The translations under genes and the position numbers were made by a program. DNA of 64,000 nucleotides from Zootoca vivipara (lineage: Eukaryota). The DNA lies in the NCBI RefSeq assembly GCF_963506605.1, contig NC_083282.1, forward strand, positions 63,302,001-63,366,000, read 5' to 3'. A model generated the notes under the pieces. That model worked only from the letters and a program-made list of their open reading frames with translations, did no database searches and was not told where the DNA came from. Shown in pieces: positions 36,707 to 49,990 of the stretch. Each line of letters opens with the position of its first letter. Within the stretch, counting starts at the first letter, position 1.

Positions 36707-38271
36707 GCATAATGCTCAGTGAAATTCATATCCTCCATTTGTCTTTTGTTCTTACATGGATCCTATAGTGTCCCAACATCACTTGTTCATGATGAGTGTT
36801 GGATTTGCCTCTTTGCCCCATCTGTCTTTCCTAAATAGATGCTGTGCTTTGGCTGCATATCCTTTCATTACTCAAATAAAACTTTGTCCTGAAACCAAAA
36901 GTACTCATTTCATTACAAGTCAATGTCTAAAAACTTCCTGCTATGATACTGGAGCAGATCCAATTTGGGATTGGCTCTGTCATGAGAACCAAACAGAAGA
37001 CTCCAGGGAAATCTGTGTCTTCCTCTATTGGTTGGTTGTATGCAAACAAAGCTGATCTGGCAATGTTGGGTTATTGCTTCCTTTAGTCAGTTACAGGATA
37101 CAAAATCAGAGTGAAAAATACAAAATCAGAGCGAGAGAGATTCTGTATTCCATATGCTGTGACGCAGACCTCAAAACTAATATACTTGCTGAGCAAACCC
37201 CTCTTTGAATGCCACTAGGAAGCAGCTGGAAGAGTCACTACCTAGAACCCCCCAAATTGAAGTTTTTGGTTTCTCATACAGTTTGCTAAAAGAAAATTGA
37301 GAGCAGGAATATTTGTTGCCAGATTTGCAATTACCTGATTTCAGGCAATGCTCAATGTGAGCTTCTAATTACTGATGTCTATAGAAGAACACAAGACACT
37401 CATTTTTCACACCATAACTTTTAGTACATGGAGTAGCAAACAGAAGAACTGTGTTCTGGAATTGTTAGAACTGTGACCAATTCAGCCTTTTAGAAAAATA
37501 ATGTAGGAGAAACATTGCATGTTTTTTTGTTTCATCTTAGCATTAGGTGAGCTTTTTACTAGGACTGCTTCCAAACTAAACTGATGCCTGGCTGGGCAAA
37601 AAAGTCTCCCATTAAGAGATAGTTTCAAGCAGAATTGGAGTGAGAGTCAATTCAAAGTCTCTCTTACTGTGGGAGTCTTATAAAAGAAAAGAATTCCTCG
37701 CAGTGAGTTATTTGTAGCCACTCATAATTCATGCTCAGCACTCTTTTATTCACCATAACTCTCAAAAATTGTTGGTTTTTATTTAAATCTTCTGAGGTGT
37801 GGAAGAACCAATGAAGCTTTTCCTTCTCTGCCAAGATGATGCATTGCTAACTTTAAACATTTCTGCTGGGATGCTACTTTGCTTCAAGCACCCAACACCA
37901 CCTTTACTCAATGGTCAGTTGCACTGCAATGTCATTTGATAAGGTGATAGGATTGGTCTTGGGTTTGACCCAATGCAAGGCTGTCTCCTATTGTTGTTTT
38001 TAGCAGCATATGCATTTATTCATCATGGATCACATCATTTATTCATCATTTATTTATTTATTCATCATGGATCACATTTAGTTGACTAAGCAGTGAATGG
38101 GACGCAGCATACACTGATTCTGTATGAAGAGTTGTATATCTCTTTCTGTCTTCAGTTATAATAGGTTCACTAAATATGCGGAAAGCTGAAGGAAAAGGAA
38201 AATCCTGGCCTTTTGTGAAAGTTTCTTCTCTTTAATTAGGAAATAAACAAGAGAACACATTAAATGCTAAA

Positions 38272-39035
38272 GGTATAACCTGACAGTTAAGTCCAGTTGC
38301 AAACGACTCTGGAGTTGTGCCGCTCATCTCGCTTTACTGGCCGAGGGAGCCAATGTTTGTCCACGGACAGTTTTTCCGGGTCATGTGGCCAGCATGACTA
38401 AGTCACTTCTGGCGAAACCAGTGCAGCGCACAGAAATGCCATTTACTTTCCTGCTGGAGTGGTACCTATACTTGCATTTTGATGTGCTTTCGAACTGCTA
38501 GGTTAGAATCATAAAATCATAGAGTTGGAAGAGACCACAAGGGCCATCCAGTCCAACCCCATGCCAAGCAGGAAAAACCATCAAAGCATTCCTGGCAGAT
38601 GCCTGTCAAGCCTCTGCTTAAAGACCTCCAAAGAAGGAGACTCCACCACACTCCTTGGTAGCAAATTCCACTGCCGAACAGCTCTTACTGTCAGGAAGTT
38701 CTTCCTAATGTTCAGGTGGAATCTTCTTTCTTGTAGTTTGAATCCATTGCTCCGTGTCCGCTTCTCTGGAGCAGCAGAAAACAACCTTTCTCCCTCCTCT
38801 ATATGACATCCTTTATATATTTGAACATGGCTATCATATCACCCCTTAACCTTCTCTTCTCCAGGCTAAACATACCCAGCTCCCTAAGCTGTTCCTCATA
38901 AGGCATCATTTCCAGGTTGACAGGAGCTGGGACTGAGCAACAGGAGCTCACCCTGTCGCAGGGATTCGAACTGCCGACCTTCCGAGCGACAAGCCCTAGT
39001 CTCAGTGGTTTAGACCACAGCACCACCCGCATCCC
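38272..39035 (-). mobile_element. Sauria SINE interrupted by CR1
   Basis: Reverse-complement homology to 28289-28643; TSD acattaaatgctaaa (38257-38271) / acattaaatactaga (39036-39050). Confidence 0.92.
38505..38913 (-). mobile_element. 5'-truncated CR1 LINE
   Basis: Encodes [30 protein letters not shown] and RTRSNGFKLQERRFHLNIRKNFLTVRAVRQWNLLPRSVVESPSLEVFKQRLD; ATTCTATG-type tail; aggtt on both sides. Confidence 0.96.
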
Positions 39036-41699
39036 ACATTAAATACTAGATTGCCTTTAACATGTCCAATTATTTTGTTTTAAATATCAGCCATATCATG
39101 GGGGGAGCACCAAGACCACTGCAGATGGGAAGGGGCTTATTCCTTTCCCTCAGTATGGACTAACAAATGGCAAAGTGATCAAAGACAGCTGCTTCGCCCC
39201 CATGATGAACAGCTTCAAGAGAAGGGGGCAATTTTTGACAGCACCCTGGTGGAGGTGGGGGAAAGGAAATAATTAACCCCCCTCATACCCCCATGTCCTG
39301 CCCTTCTCCTCCTGCTAGTTGCTATTTTGAATAAAGGGGGAAAACAGACACATTAAACGCAACCACACACACACATACGCATTGTCTAGCTTGGCCCTGG
39401 AACTCACAGACAGAACTGATAATAAATAAAATCAGATGGTTGCTGAGACAACATACTTTGTGACCTGGGCATGGAAGCACTTTCTTCCAGACATAGAGCT
39501 TGGATGCAGGAGAAACAAGGACAGACTAAAAGCCAGAGGCTGAGCCTCAATGAACTTTGAAGACAAAATGGGCTTTATTTTTAAAATAAAGGACATTTTG
39601 AAATAGACAACTTTGTGGTTTTGACGGCTGGAGTGGAATCTGGAAACCTTGGGTTTTGTTCCCAGGTCTGTGACTGAACTGATGTTTGGAAACCACAAAG
39701 TGTGTGCTCTGCTTCTTATGCATTCTTCATCTGGACATTGAGGACAATAAGCACCCATATTTGCAAAATGATGACATGTGTGCTCTGTATGTACAACTCC
39801 TAAGGCATGTGTGTGTTGAAATGACTCACAGCTCATCCATTGCATTCATGCAGCCATCCTGGAGAATCTGAATAAGCAAAATGACTTCTTTCCCCTTCCC
39901 TTTCCCCTCCAATAAGCTGACTGCTCCATTCTCTGAATCATCTAACCTTTCATCCAGTTTTGTGCAATTGCTGCCTTCACTGAGATTGCACAGAGAGTAG
40001 TGTGCAATCCTACTATACAATGTTTTGCTTGGATTGTATGTCTCTGTGATTCATTAAGGTCTTCCCCAGTTTTGATTCACCGACTGATATTTAAAACATT
40101 TAGACAACACCTGCATTTTTTTTTAAAAAAAGCTCGATGTGATATGCAATTCTAAGCGGCCAAAAGAAAAGGATGATCATATCATGAAATATAGAAAACA
40201 GGTAAAAGCAGAAATGTTAATTATCCTCTCACTACAGAAACATCCAATAACTTCTGTTTGATGACAGCTGGTTAACTAACTGTAGGTCCAGAAGCTGTTT
40301 CAGTGGACAACATGCCCCAAGACAAACAATCATGCCAGTATGATGGGTATGTGTATACCTCTGAACAGTTGCTGAGGAACAGAAGTGGACTTAGTAGTGT
40401 GAGAACAGGATACTGGACCATATGAGCCACTGTTCTGATCAGCAGGACTCAATGGGGCTTTCTCTCAAATGTTAATATTTCATTTGGTAAGGTTTAGTCA
40501 TTTCACCTGGATTCACGATGCTGTGATGCAAAATATAAATGGTTAATCCTGAATCAAGGTGTCACAAATGCCAAATGTCAATGTAGCCTTCAATGTATCT
40601 GGGGTGGCTTGGGCCAGTCACTTTCTCCCAGGCTAAATTCTCCACCTGTAAAATGGAAACAAACACATGAAATCTGCTAGATTGGCTGCAACTCGAAAGC
40701 AAACTAGAAAAGCCGTTTGTATGCTGAAAATGGTTATGGAACTGACCTGTGATAGTAATATGCACACATTTTGTTCAGCTCATGATAAATATACTTGCAG
40801 TGATTACCAATTCAGACAGGACTTTGGATTTGAGCCAATTGAATTGAGCTTGGTTGTGTGTTTAGCTCATCAGTACTTCAGCTGATACAAGGCTTCTTCC
40901 AAGGTTATTGGCACCTACTTATCCATTTCTGGGCGTGTGGCGAGTTTTATTTACAAAAGTGGAAGTGCATCTGCTCTTGATTCCTTCTAGATTTCTATTT
41001 CTGTGAACTGGTGCAATCAGTTATCAAAGAACAGTTGGCTATTTGATTGCTACCTTTAAAGAAACAGAGTAATCCCTCTGGGGTTTGTTGTATTTGGCTC
41101 CAGACTTTTTGCTTTGAGAGAACTGGGGTAAACTTCAGTCTCCATCAGTTCAAAGAATGAAAGCTTGTTGCCATAAAGTCAATAAACATCACACTCCAGA
41201 AGAAAGTTTTTCCATGGACTCTGCTGGCTTCCCCACATACTGATGGTTCAACACACCAGTCAACAATGTTTGAATTAGAGTTGATGGTACCTTCTCTTCT
41301 TTCTGTCTGGAGAATCTTGGTTTCTTTCCCTCAGTTTTCTTTCTTTGATTAGAATCCCCAACCATCACACACCTTGCCACTTACTGAAAAAATGATTCTA
41401 ATGAAGATCCGCTTTGTTTAATAGATCATTCAAGTCTGATTAGCTAAAATATTTCCTGGCTAGTTGCCCCAGCTGAAAGAGTTGCAGAAACATTCTGGCA
41501 AACTGACACTATACAGTATATTCTAGCTGGAAAGGAAACCATAGCGTTTCTAATATACTCAGTGGTTGTCTGAGACAGACTGTTCAGCTACTAATTGTGT
41601 TTTTTTATTTTCAGACATAGCTGTGGATGAGGGCAAGGGGTGCTGGATTTTTCATTAGTGTTGCTGGAGCCCTTTGCTTTGGCAGGGAAGACACTAAAG

Positions 41700-41835
41700 C
41701 AGACTTCCTCAACCTCAGCCCTCCAGATGTTTTGAGACTACAATTTCCATCATCCCTGACCACTGGTCCTGCTAGCTAGGGATCATGGGAGTTGTAGGCC
41801 AAAAACATCTGGAGGGCTGAGGTTGAGGAAACCTG
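41700..41835. mobile_element. 136-bp Charlie-type hAT MITE, subfamily B
   Basis: cagacttcctcaacct...aggttgaggaaacctg; perfect TSD cactaaag. Confidence 0.95.
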
Positions 41836-43111
41836 CACTAAAGGAAGCCACTCATGAGCAATGAATTACAAGCAGGCCTTTCCTTTACATTTCCTTATAA
41901 TCCCAGGTCCTCAGGAATTCTACCCAAGTTCTCACCTGAGGGGGCATGCCCAAACTTTATAGAGTAGGAAATGAGTTGAACGCACAGCATAATAATTGCA
42001 GCTAGGCTGATTCACTGGCACCTCCACATCTTTCGCATTTCTGAAAATTGAAAGTAGTAAGGTGAATACATTTATTCAGTCCCACTGCTCCTCTGACACA
42101 AGAGCATTTTGCATTGTGTACCTCAATTGCCTGGTCCAGCTCAGATCTGTATGAAAACCAGGAGTAGGGCCAAATCTCCACGATTTCCTTGCAGAAGGGC
42201 CCAGGTTCATTCCCCGAAGAGTTGCTTCATGTAAGTGAAGTCAATATAGATCTAGATGAAACAATGGCCTGAATTGACACAAATTAGCAAACCCTTGGCA
42301 AATGGGCATCTCAATTCACTATGTAGCTCCAGCCGTAGTTGGGATGCCTGGCATTCGTGAATTGTGCTGCCCCTTTTCTGGATTCTAAATTGGGGGTCCC
42401 TTTCAAGATTGTCCGAGTTAAAAAGTTGTGATTAGAATGTGGTGGTGAATAATTGCTTTCCTTTGAGGTCCTCTAATTTTGGGTTAGTGCATAGTTAAAT
42501 TCCTAATTTAATACTTCTCCTGTCACAATCAGAGCCAATAATGAACATCCTTATATTTATTGGCTAGTGGGTCTTCCCTTACAAGGGCTTTGGGTTTGAG
42601 AGATTGGATGCATTCTTTCCTTTCTTCAGCTGTTTAAATCATCTCCATAGACTTTGAAACATTCCAGTTGTTTGTCCTGGCTATGTGAAATCTTGCGTCA
42701 ACAGGGGAAGGAAAACCCTCATCTTCATGCATGTGGCCAGGAGCAAACACCAGCTATATGAAGAGTTCATAAAGTTTGTGGATTGCTGAAAACTTGCTGA
42801 ACCTACCTCGGTGTCTCTAGTGCCTTATTAGTCCAGTGCTGTGGGGATGCTATATTTATTGTGTCCGATGAAGTTAGCGACATTGCTGCAGAGGACACTG
42901 TTGGTTGTCAAATGCTCACTTAAATAAGCAGTGGTGGCAGGTAAAACTACCAGTGACACCACAAACCCCATATGATTGCATGGGGACTGAGAGGAAATTG
43001 TCTGGCAATTTGAATGCAACCAACAGAGGCAGATGCCTGAGTTTTGCAAGCAGGTTTTCGAGTTGGGGGAATACTGCTGATTTTGCTTGTCAGAAACTGG
43101 TCCTGCTTTAA

Positions 43112-44242
43112 ATAAGATATCTTTATTGTCATTGTCCCCTTGCGGGAACAACAAAATTACTCGGTTGCTACATCCACTCAGATAAAGCATTCCGCATAAT
43201 CCAAAATTACAAAACCTAATTAAAAACAGTAAATATAATAATAAAAAATAAGTAAAATAAGTAAAATAAGATGACTTCAAAGTCCAGGCTTTCCATTTAA
43301 GGCCAGAATCGCTCTAAAGAAGAAACTGTTCCTGAGACGGCTCGTTCTTGCCTGCATTGTTCTATATCTCCGTCCCGATGGCAGGAGCTTAAAGAAATGG
43401 TGACCAGGGTGCGTTGGATCTCTTGATATGTCTAGTGCTTTTCTATGGCACCTGGTGGTGTAGATTTGTTCTAAGGTGGAGAGTGAGCAGCCAATAATGC
43501 TCTCTGCTGTTTTAATAATTCTACACAGCCCTGCTCTGTCCTGAGAAGTACAGCTTCCGTACCACACACATAAACCGTACGTGAGCACGCTCTGTATGGC
43601 ACAGTGATAGAAGGCAAGCAGCAGCTTTTGTGGAAGATGGGTTTTCCTTAAAATTCTCAAAAAATACAGTCTCTGCTGCGCCTTCTTCACAAGCCCCCTT
43701 GTATTAACACTGCAGGACAGATCCTCCTGTAACTCAATGCCTAGAAATCTAAATGTTGTTACCCTCTCCACACAAATTCCGTCAATCAAAAGTGGCTGGA
43801 CCTCGTTCTTCTGTCTCCTAAAGTCCACCACAAGCTCCTTTGTTTTCTTTGTATTTATGAGCAAGTTTTTAACTCTGCACCACTCTGTCAGCCACTCCAC
43901 CTCATCTCTATAGTCCGTTTCACCCTCCTTATCAGAGGTGAGCCCGATCACGGTTGTGTCATCTGCAAATTTGACAACCCTATTACTAGGGTGGGCAGCG
44001 ACACAATCATACGTATAAAGAGTATAAAGGAGCGGACTAAGCACACATCCTTGTGGTGTTCCTGTGTTAGTCCTAAGCATGTTAGACATATAAGGGCCCA
44101 ACCGGACCCTCTGGAGCGATCTGAAAGAAAGTCCAGTATCCACCCACAGAGTGATAGTGGGAGCCCCAGATTTCCCAATTTAGTTATCAGACGTCGCGGT
44201 AGAATGGTATTGAATGCCGAGCTGAAATCTACAAAGAGCAGC
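43112..44242 (-). mobile_element. 5'-truncated Rex1/Babar-clade LINE (RT C-terminal half), copy 1
   Basis: [64 protein letters not shown]; one frameshift near 44115, otherwise open to the stop at 43277; 3' UTR ends aataaagatatcttat. Confidence 0.93.
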
Positions 44243-46853
44243 ACTGTATGGCTGAATAACTGATTGCCCCTCTGCTCAACTTATGCAAATGTGAATTAAA
44301 AAACAACCTCACATGCATCTATGCTGTTTTCTATTTCCAAAGAAAAGGACCCTATAATGGTTAACTCTTGAACCTCCTGGCCTCAGTGTGTCATCTATAA
44401 ATGGGGCTTATGGCTGCTTATATGACAGGGTTGCATCAAGGGTAGAGATGATAGATGGTACATCGTTTTGAGAACTAAGTCATAAATATATATAGTTTTT
44501 ATAATGTTTTATGTATGTCTTAATTGTTTTGTGAAATTGCTTTGAGATGAATCATTAGGAAGTAATTCATGAATGAAATATATAAATTGCAAAAAGGCAT
44601 TGCAATGACTAACTGCATGTGGAGCCCCTTTGATATGTGAAATTACAAGCAAATTGTTCCCAGCTCTAGGCAGGCCTGGACGGGGCTACAATCTATGTAG
44701 CAGGCAAGGAGACGAGAGGGAGGGAACTATTAAATGCCCAGTGTGAATTTCTGCTTTATTCTTAAAACTTAACATGCTTGCAAGAGTGGAAAACAGCCAA
44801 GGTTGTCCATAGATATTTTTTTCTTCTTCATTTGCACAGGAAAGGGAAGCTTGAGCCACTGGTAAATGAGCATGAGGATCAGTAGCTAAGAGCTTAGTGT
44901 GAGCAAGGATTCCCAGATGAGAACAAGTGGTGATTGTCTGTGAGTGAAAAGGGACTCTTGGGAGATCTGTAAACCTATTGAAGTCACCTCCTGGTCACCT
45001 AATTCTCTTTTATGAGCAACATAGAACAGAGAGGCGTGTAGGACGGAGAGAGGAATTTTAACGAAGTATACGAAGTATCAGCTTCTTCTAGCTCTCTGCA
45101 GGGTGCCTTGATCTCTGCTTGGCCAAAAGTTCATGTAATTAGTACAGAAGGAGATGGCTGAATGTGGCCCACAATGTAATAACCAAAGAGCTGGTGTTCT
45201 CAGAGCCCAGAAGCCTGAAAAGGTTCCCCCTGCCACACACCAAATTCGTTCTGCTCTTTTGTCACAGAAAATGCCACCAGGATTTGGCTACTACAACGGG
45301 CAAATGGATTTATTTTATTTTCAGAGCATTTCCCTTGGAACAGTCAGAGATTATCCTCCTCTGTGGAATGTCTTTTCCTGATTCAAGATTAGAATAAGAT
45401 TAGTGATTCAAGATTAGAATAGGGAGTGAGTGAAAATGAGCAGTTCTTTTAACCTCTTCATAGATATATATATATGACTGTTACCTGTATGCTGGAATTA
45501 AAGGCTAACTTGAAGATACCAGGTATATCCATCAAATCCAAGCCACGCTTTCTCCATCACTTTATATGGTGGAACAAGCAGTTGTACTACTTGTGAAATT
45601 ATTTAGCTGAATATTGCCCTGTGTAGTGTTGACAATTTTTTAGAAAAAGATTTCCCTGGAAGACAACACATAATTCAAGGCTTTTGACAGTCTCAGAAGT
45701 AAAACCTTTATTTTTAAAAAGCCCAGCTCCAGCCATTTTCGTATGTGGATGCTTCAGCTGAGAATACTTCCTTTTTTGGGGACATTTTTATCATCCCCAA
45801 AACACCCCCCTGCTACAAAGGTGTCAGAAATCACATATTATTTACTCTTGGGTGTGTCATTGTTTGCCCCGGGCCTCCTGCAAAGTGTGAAGTATGGATT
45901 TGGGGGACCTGGGGTCAGAAATAGTTTAGAATAGATTATGTCAGCTTGATTTGTTTCTCAGTTGCTGCCTTTTAGGTAGCAGACTCCTCAATTGTATTTT
46001 GTGAAAGCCAGTTTATTGATGGTAAAAGGCAATGAGTGTTGGAAGCTCCAGAGTACGAAGGCCTCTGGATAGCTTCAAAATAAGCAACAGCCATCGGTTT
46101 GAGGGAACCAAACATGTTGGGTTCTCACAATAGATGCATCCGAGGCACGATCAGATGATGAGAACAACTGTAACAGGATAATCAAGCTCTCAATGTGTAC
46201 AATGCTGTGGAAATGGGAACACTCATTACAAACATTTTTTTCCCTTTCTGTTGCTGCTGCCAGTGTTGAGCAGGCCAACAGAATTAGCCAGGATCTGGAA
46301 GGGAGTGTTTTCCAAGAGTTAACGGCACAGATGTTTTGGAAATTTAAACAGGCTGTCAAATGTAACATTTGGGAAGCAAAAAAAGCTGTTTGTGTTTAAA
46401 GCAATAATAACACCACTGTTTAGTTCTGGGTTTTTTATTTTTTTAAGAAAGCCTGTCTTTCCAATTCACACATGAGTCTTTCATTCTACAGCTCTTGCCA
46501 TGGGGTAAATGCAGCATCTACACAACATAGATACCATTGGGTAATGACATTTGCCCCCCCCCCCCGGAACAACTAATGGGAGTGTCCATGTGAACCAAGT
46601 TTAAAAAGCAAAGCTAAACTCTCTCTCCCTCCCCCCCTTTACAGGATGGCAAAACATGTAGGCAGTTTTGCCCCCCTTCTCCAACGTTCCACAACTTTGA
46701 ACAGCTAGGAGATCACCAGAGAGACGCAACAGTGTCTGTGTGGGAAAAATCATAATTTCAAAAATATATTTAAAGAATTTCTGAATGTTGAAGCTGAAGC
46801 AATTGAAGCCATCCAGTTGTGCAGATGCACTGTGGTATTCCTTCACTCGGTGT

Positions 46854-46944
46854 CATAGCTGTCAAGTTCTCCCTTTTTTTTAAGGGAAATTCCTTTATGC
46901 TGAATAGGCTTCCTCGCGAGAAAAGGGAAAACTTGACAGCTATG
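46854..46944. mobile_element. 91-bp MITE, same family as 10521-10610
   Basis: TIR catagctgtcaagtt/aacttgacagctatg; identical core cttcctcgcgagaaaagggaaaac. Confidence 0.9.
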
Positions 46945-47021
46945 CTGTGTTCATTCCTACTCTGGTCACTGCTGTGGATGCACAACCAGACTTGTCAAGT
47001 CCCCTCTCTGAGGCTGCTTTC

Positions 47022-47253
47022 TAAGAACAGAGAAAGGCCCTGTTGGGCCTATCCAGTTCAGTATTCTGTTCCCATAATAGTCAACCAGATGCCTATGGGA
47101 AGCCCATATGAATATTATGGCATAATAATATGTGGGCAGTAGCTATTGTTCCCCAGAAAATAATATTTAAAGGCATACTGCCTCTGACACTGCAGGTTAT
47201 ATATGTTCATCATGACTAGCAGTCATGGGATACTAGTGATCATAGCTATTATA
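47022..47253 (-). mobile_element. CR1-type 3' UTR remnant
   Basis: tccagttcagtattctgttccca...caaccagatgcctatgggaagccca...aggcatactgcctctgacactg; similar pieces near 3545-3620, 49868 and 61285. Confidence 0.6.
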
Positions 47254-47261
47254 CTGTTCTA

Positions 47262-47554
47262 AAGGTAAAGTCACGAAAGACTCTGGGGTTGTGGCGCTCA
47301 TCACGCTTTACTGGCTGAGGGAGCCGGCGTACAGCTTCTGGGTCATGTGGCCAGCATGACTAAGCCGCTTCTGGCGAACCAGAGCAGTGCATGGAGACGC
47401 CGTTTACCTTCCCGCCTGAGTGGTACCTATTTATCTACTTGCACTTGACATGCTTTCGAACTGCTAGGGTGGCAGGAGCTGGGACTGAGCAATGGGAGCT
47501 CACCCTGTAGCGGGGATTTGAACCACCGACCTTCCGATCGGCAAGCCCTAGGCT
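47262..47554 (-). mobile_element. 5'-truncated Sauria SINE with internal deletion
   Basis: Homology to 28289-28643; TSD ctgttcta at 47254-47261 and 47555-47562. Confidence 0.92.
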
Positions 47555-49990
47555 CTGTTCTAGTGTGCAGCAAATACTATCCATGCCTTTCCCCAAAAGA
47601 AACTGGGATATCTTCAGGTGAGGGGAAAAGATGCACAGGGCTGGGATGGCTCTATTGTTTGTAGGACAGGAATATGGTGGAGCATGCTGTAACACCAAAT
47701 TGAATAGTTTTCAGGATCCTGGCCCCTGCATTGCAAATAAATCAGATTTGTGGGATCTATTTTACAGTATAATGGTCCTAGAAGTCCCCTGTAACAGAAA
47801 TAATGACTCAAGTAGTGCAACAACAACAATGATAATTATTTAAAAGTAACTAGACTGAAAACCTAGGACTCAGCTATACAGCTGCAAATAAACGTTTTAA
47901 ATGTGTTGTAAAGCACAATATACAAATGTGACACTAGATGGCGAAGGTGAGCTATGCCAAATTCAATGCATTTTTCAAAGCATTTTTAAATGTGTGTAGA
48001 TTCCACCCTAGACATATCAGCCTGAGCTCAATGGGACTTGTTTCTGACATGTATAAGGTTGCACTTTATTTGCTGTTATTACTGTGTAGGGATAATACTC
48101 TGCCTCATTCAAACTATATCAGTATCCATCTTTTTGCTACCTTAGAAATACTTCTCTTGGCTTTTTTAATGAAAAAAATAATATTAGAAAGCACTAATGC
48201 AAAACTGAAAAAAGTTGCAAAACCAGAAACTTATCTTCGAAAGTGCAAGGCCCCAGTTTACTTGATTAATTAAAGTTTGCTAAACTTTGTTGATAAGAGC
48301 TCAAGCACTAGATACATAACTAAGCATCATGCAAAGTCAACACTGCTGTAAACATCTTGTGAAACACAGTCTTGCGCAGAAGTCCCGCTGGGACACATTG
48401 AGCCATTAAGACTTCAGTCAATGACATGCTGAAGCTTTCGTAATATCTATCGCTGAGAAGTTGTCTGATTTTGAGCTCGCTGAGTATAGCAAGTGAACAA
48501 GACCTTTCTGTTGCTTATACAAGCCATCCCTCTTACATCTGCTGGGCGGGTTTCAGCCAAAGCCAAATAACATTTTAGCAGATTGTCACTGTTCTCTAGT
48601 CTGCAGGTGTTTGGCCTGAAGCTTGTCCAAGTAACTTGTTACAGTTCTCGTGGAAGATCTCTTTCTCAAAATTCCTTAAAACATGTTCTTACCATACCAA
48701 ACGTCCACAGCCTTTGATATGCACGGTGATCTGTGCCACACACAGCAGTGCTCATTTGAAGTGCCCATTTCCAATGGAAAAAAATGCTCAGTGATCAGTA
48801 TCAATTAACCAAAGAGACTACAGTTATCCTGCCAAGGTGGAACCTCACATCTTAGAAACTTCTATGACTTTCCTGATCTGGGTTAATTGCTATTTTGTTC
48901 CACAAAGCACCTGGATCTGATCAGTCTTTTTCATTAACAAATCCTGGCCAGCATTTCTGGAGGCTTAAAAAAAATCATGAGGAAAGTCCCCTGGCAGCCA
49001 AAAAGATGCAAATTGAGAGGGAGAAGCACCAAGTGAAGTCTAATTTCAGATGTAGTTCCAGGAAGCTATTAGGCATGTTACACAATGTGTCAGGTGCAGT
49101 TGGCAAATGAGTAGACAGGGCAGGGTGTTCCCTTTCCTTTAATCTCCTGGTTAGGCAGGTAACTGCAGGGTGAAAAGGCAGCATGTTCACCGCATGGGGT
49201 TTTCACCCAGAGACGGTATGTTGCTTTCTTTAAATGGCAATAAATTTTGAGGCACTGTCCAGGGACTGGTAATCTGCTTCTTTACTCCAGGGCAAAGGAA
49301 TACTGTCAGCTGGGTAATTACTATCCATGCATTAACTCTTTGATGTTGCAAAGGTTCCAAAAACTCATTACAAAGGGAACTGATGAGAAGGTGATTCCCC
49401 TGGTTAGAGATAGGATGCCCTGCTAATCCCCACCCACTTCTTCCTACAAAAAGAAAAATGGCCTGCTTTTATCACAGGGAACCCTGTTCTCTCTGTTCTC
49501 CTGTAGGTCTTTTACCTGGACCTTCTGTGATGAATGCAAATGATTCTCTAGTAGGAAGAAGTAGGTGAGGAATTTCTCCTTTGTGCAACAGGCCTTTTAG
49601 CTAAACAGCTAGATGTTCAAAGGTCTTTAAAGGGGTTGTGCTGGTTTCCTCTGACTGTTTTTAATTAATGCCCCCCATTGGGCTCTAAACCCAGGAAAAT
49701 TACCACAAGGGGGCATTTACAGGGGAGAATTGTCTCACACAGGACGGATTAAGCAGCACTCGTCCCTCACAACCATTGTGAAAGTTCATGACTTCTGAGC
49801 ATCTCTTGAAGTTCTTCAGCCCAGTAAAGGGCCCAGTGAGAAGAACTCTTTGGACTTGCTTCTGTTCAGCCTGCTTGCTGAACATCAGGCCAACAGCTCA
49901 TCTAGTCCAGTGTCCTGTTCTCACAGTAGCTAACCAGATGCCTGTGGAAAACTTGCAAGCAGGACCTGAGCTCAAAAGCACTCTACCTTG

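Noticed and set aside
43277-44143. 288-aa ORF as a host or domesticated gene
   Set aside because: It is a 5'-truncated LINE RT. Its N-terminus arises from a frameshift and a decayed twin exists nearby.
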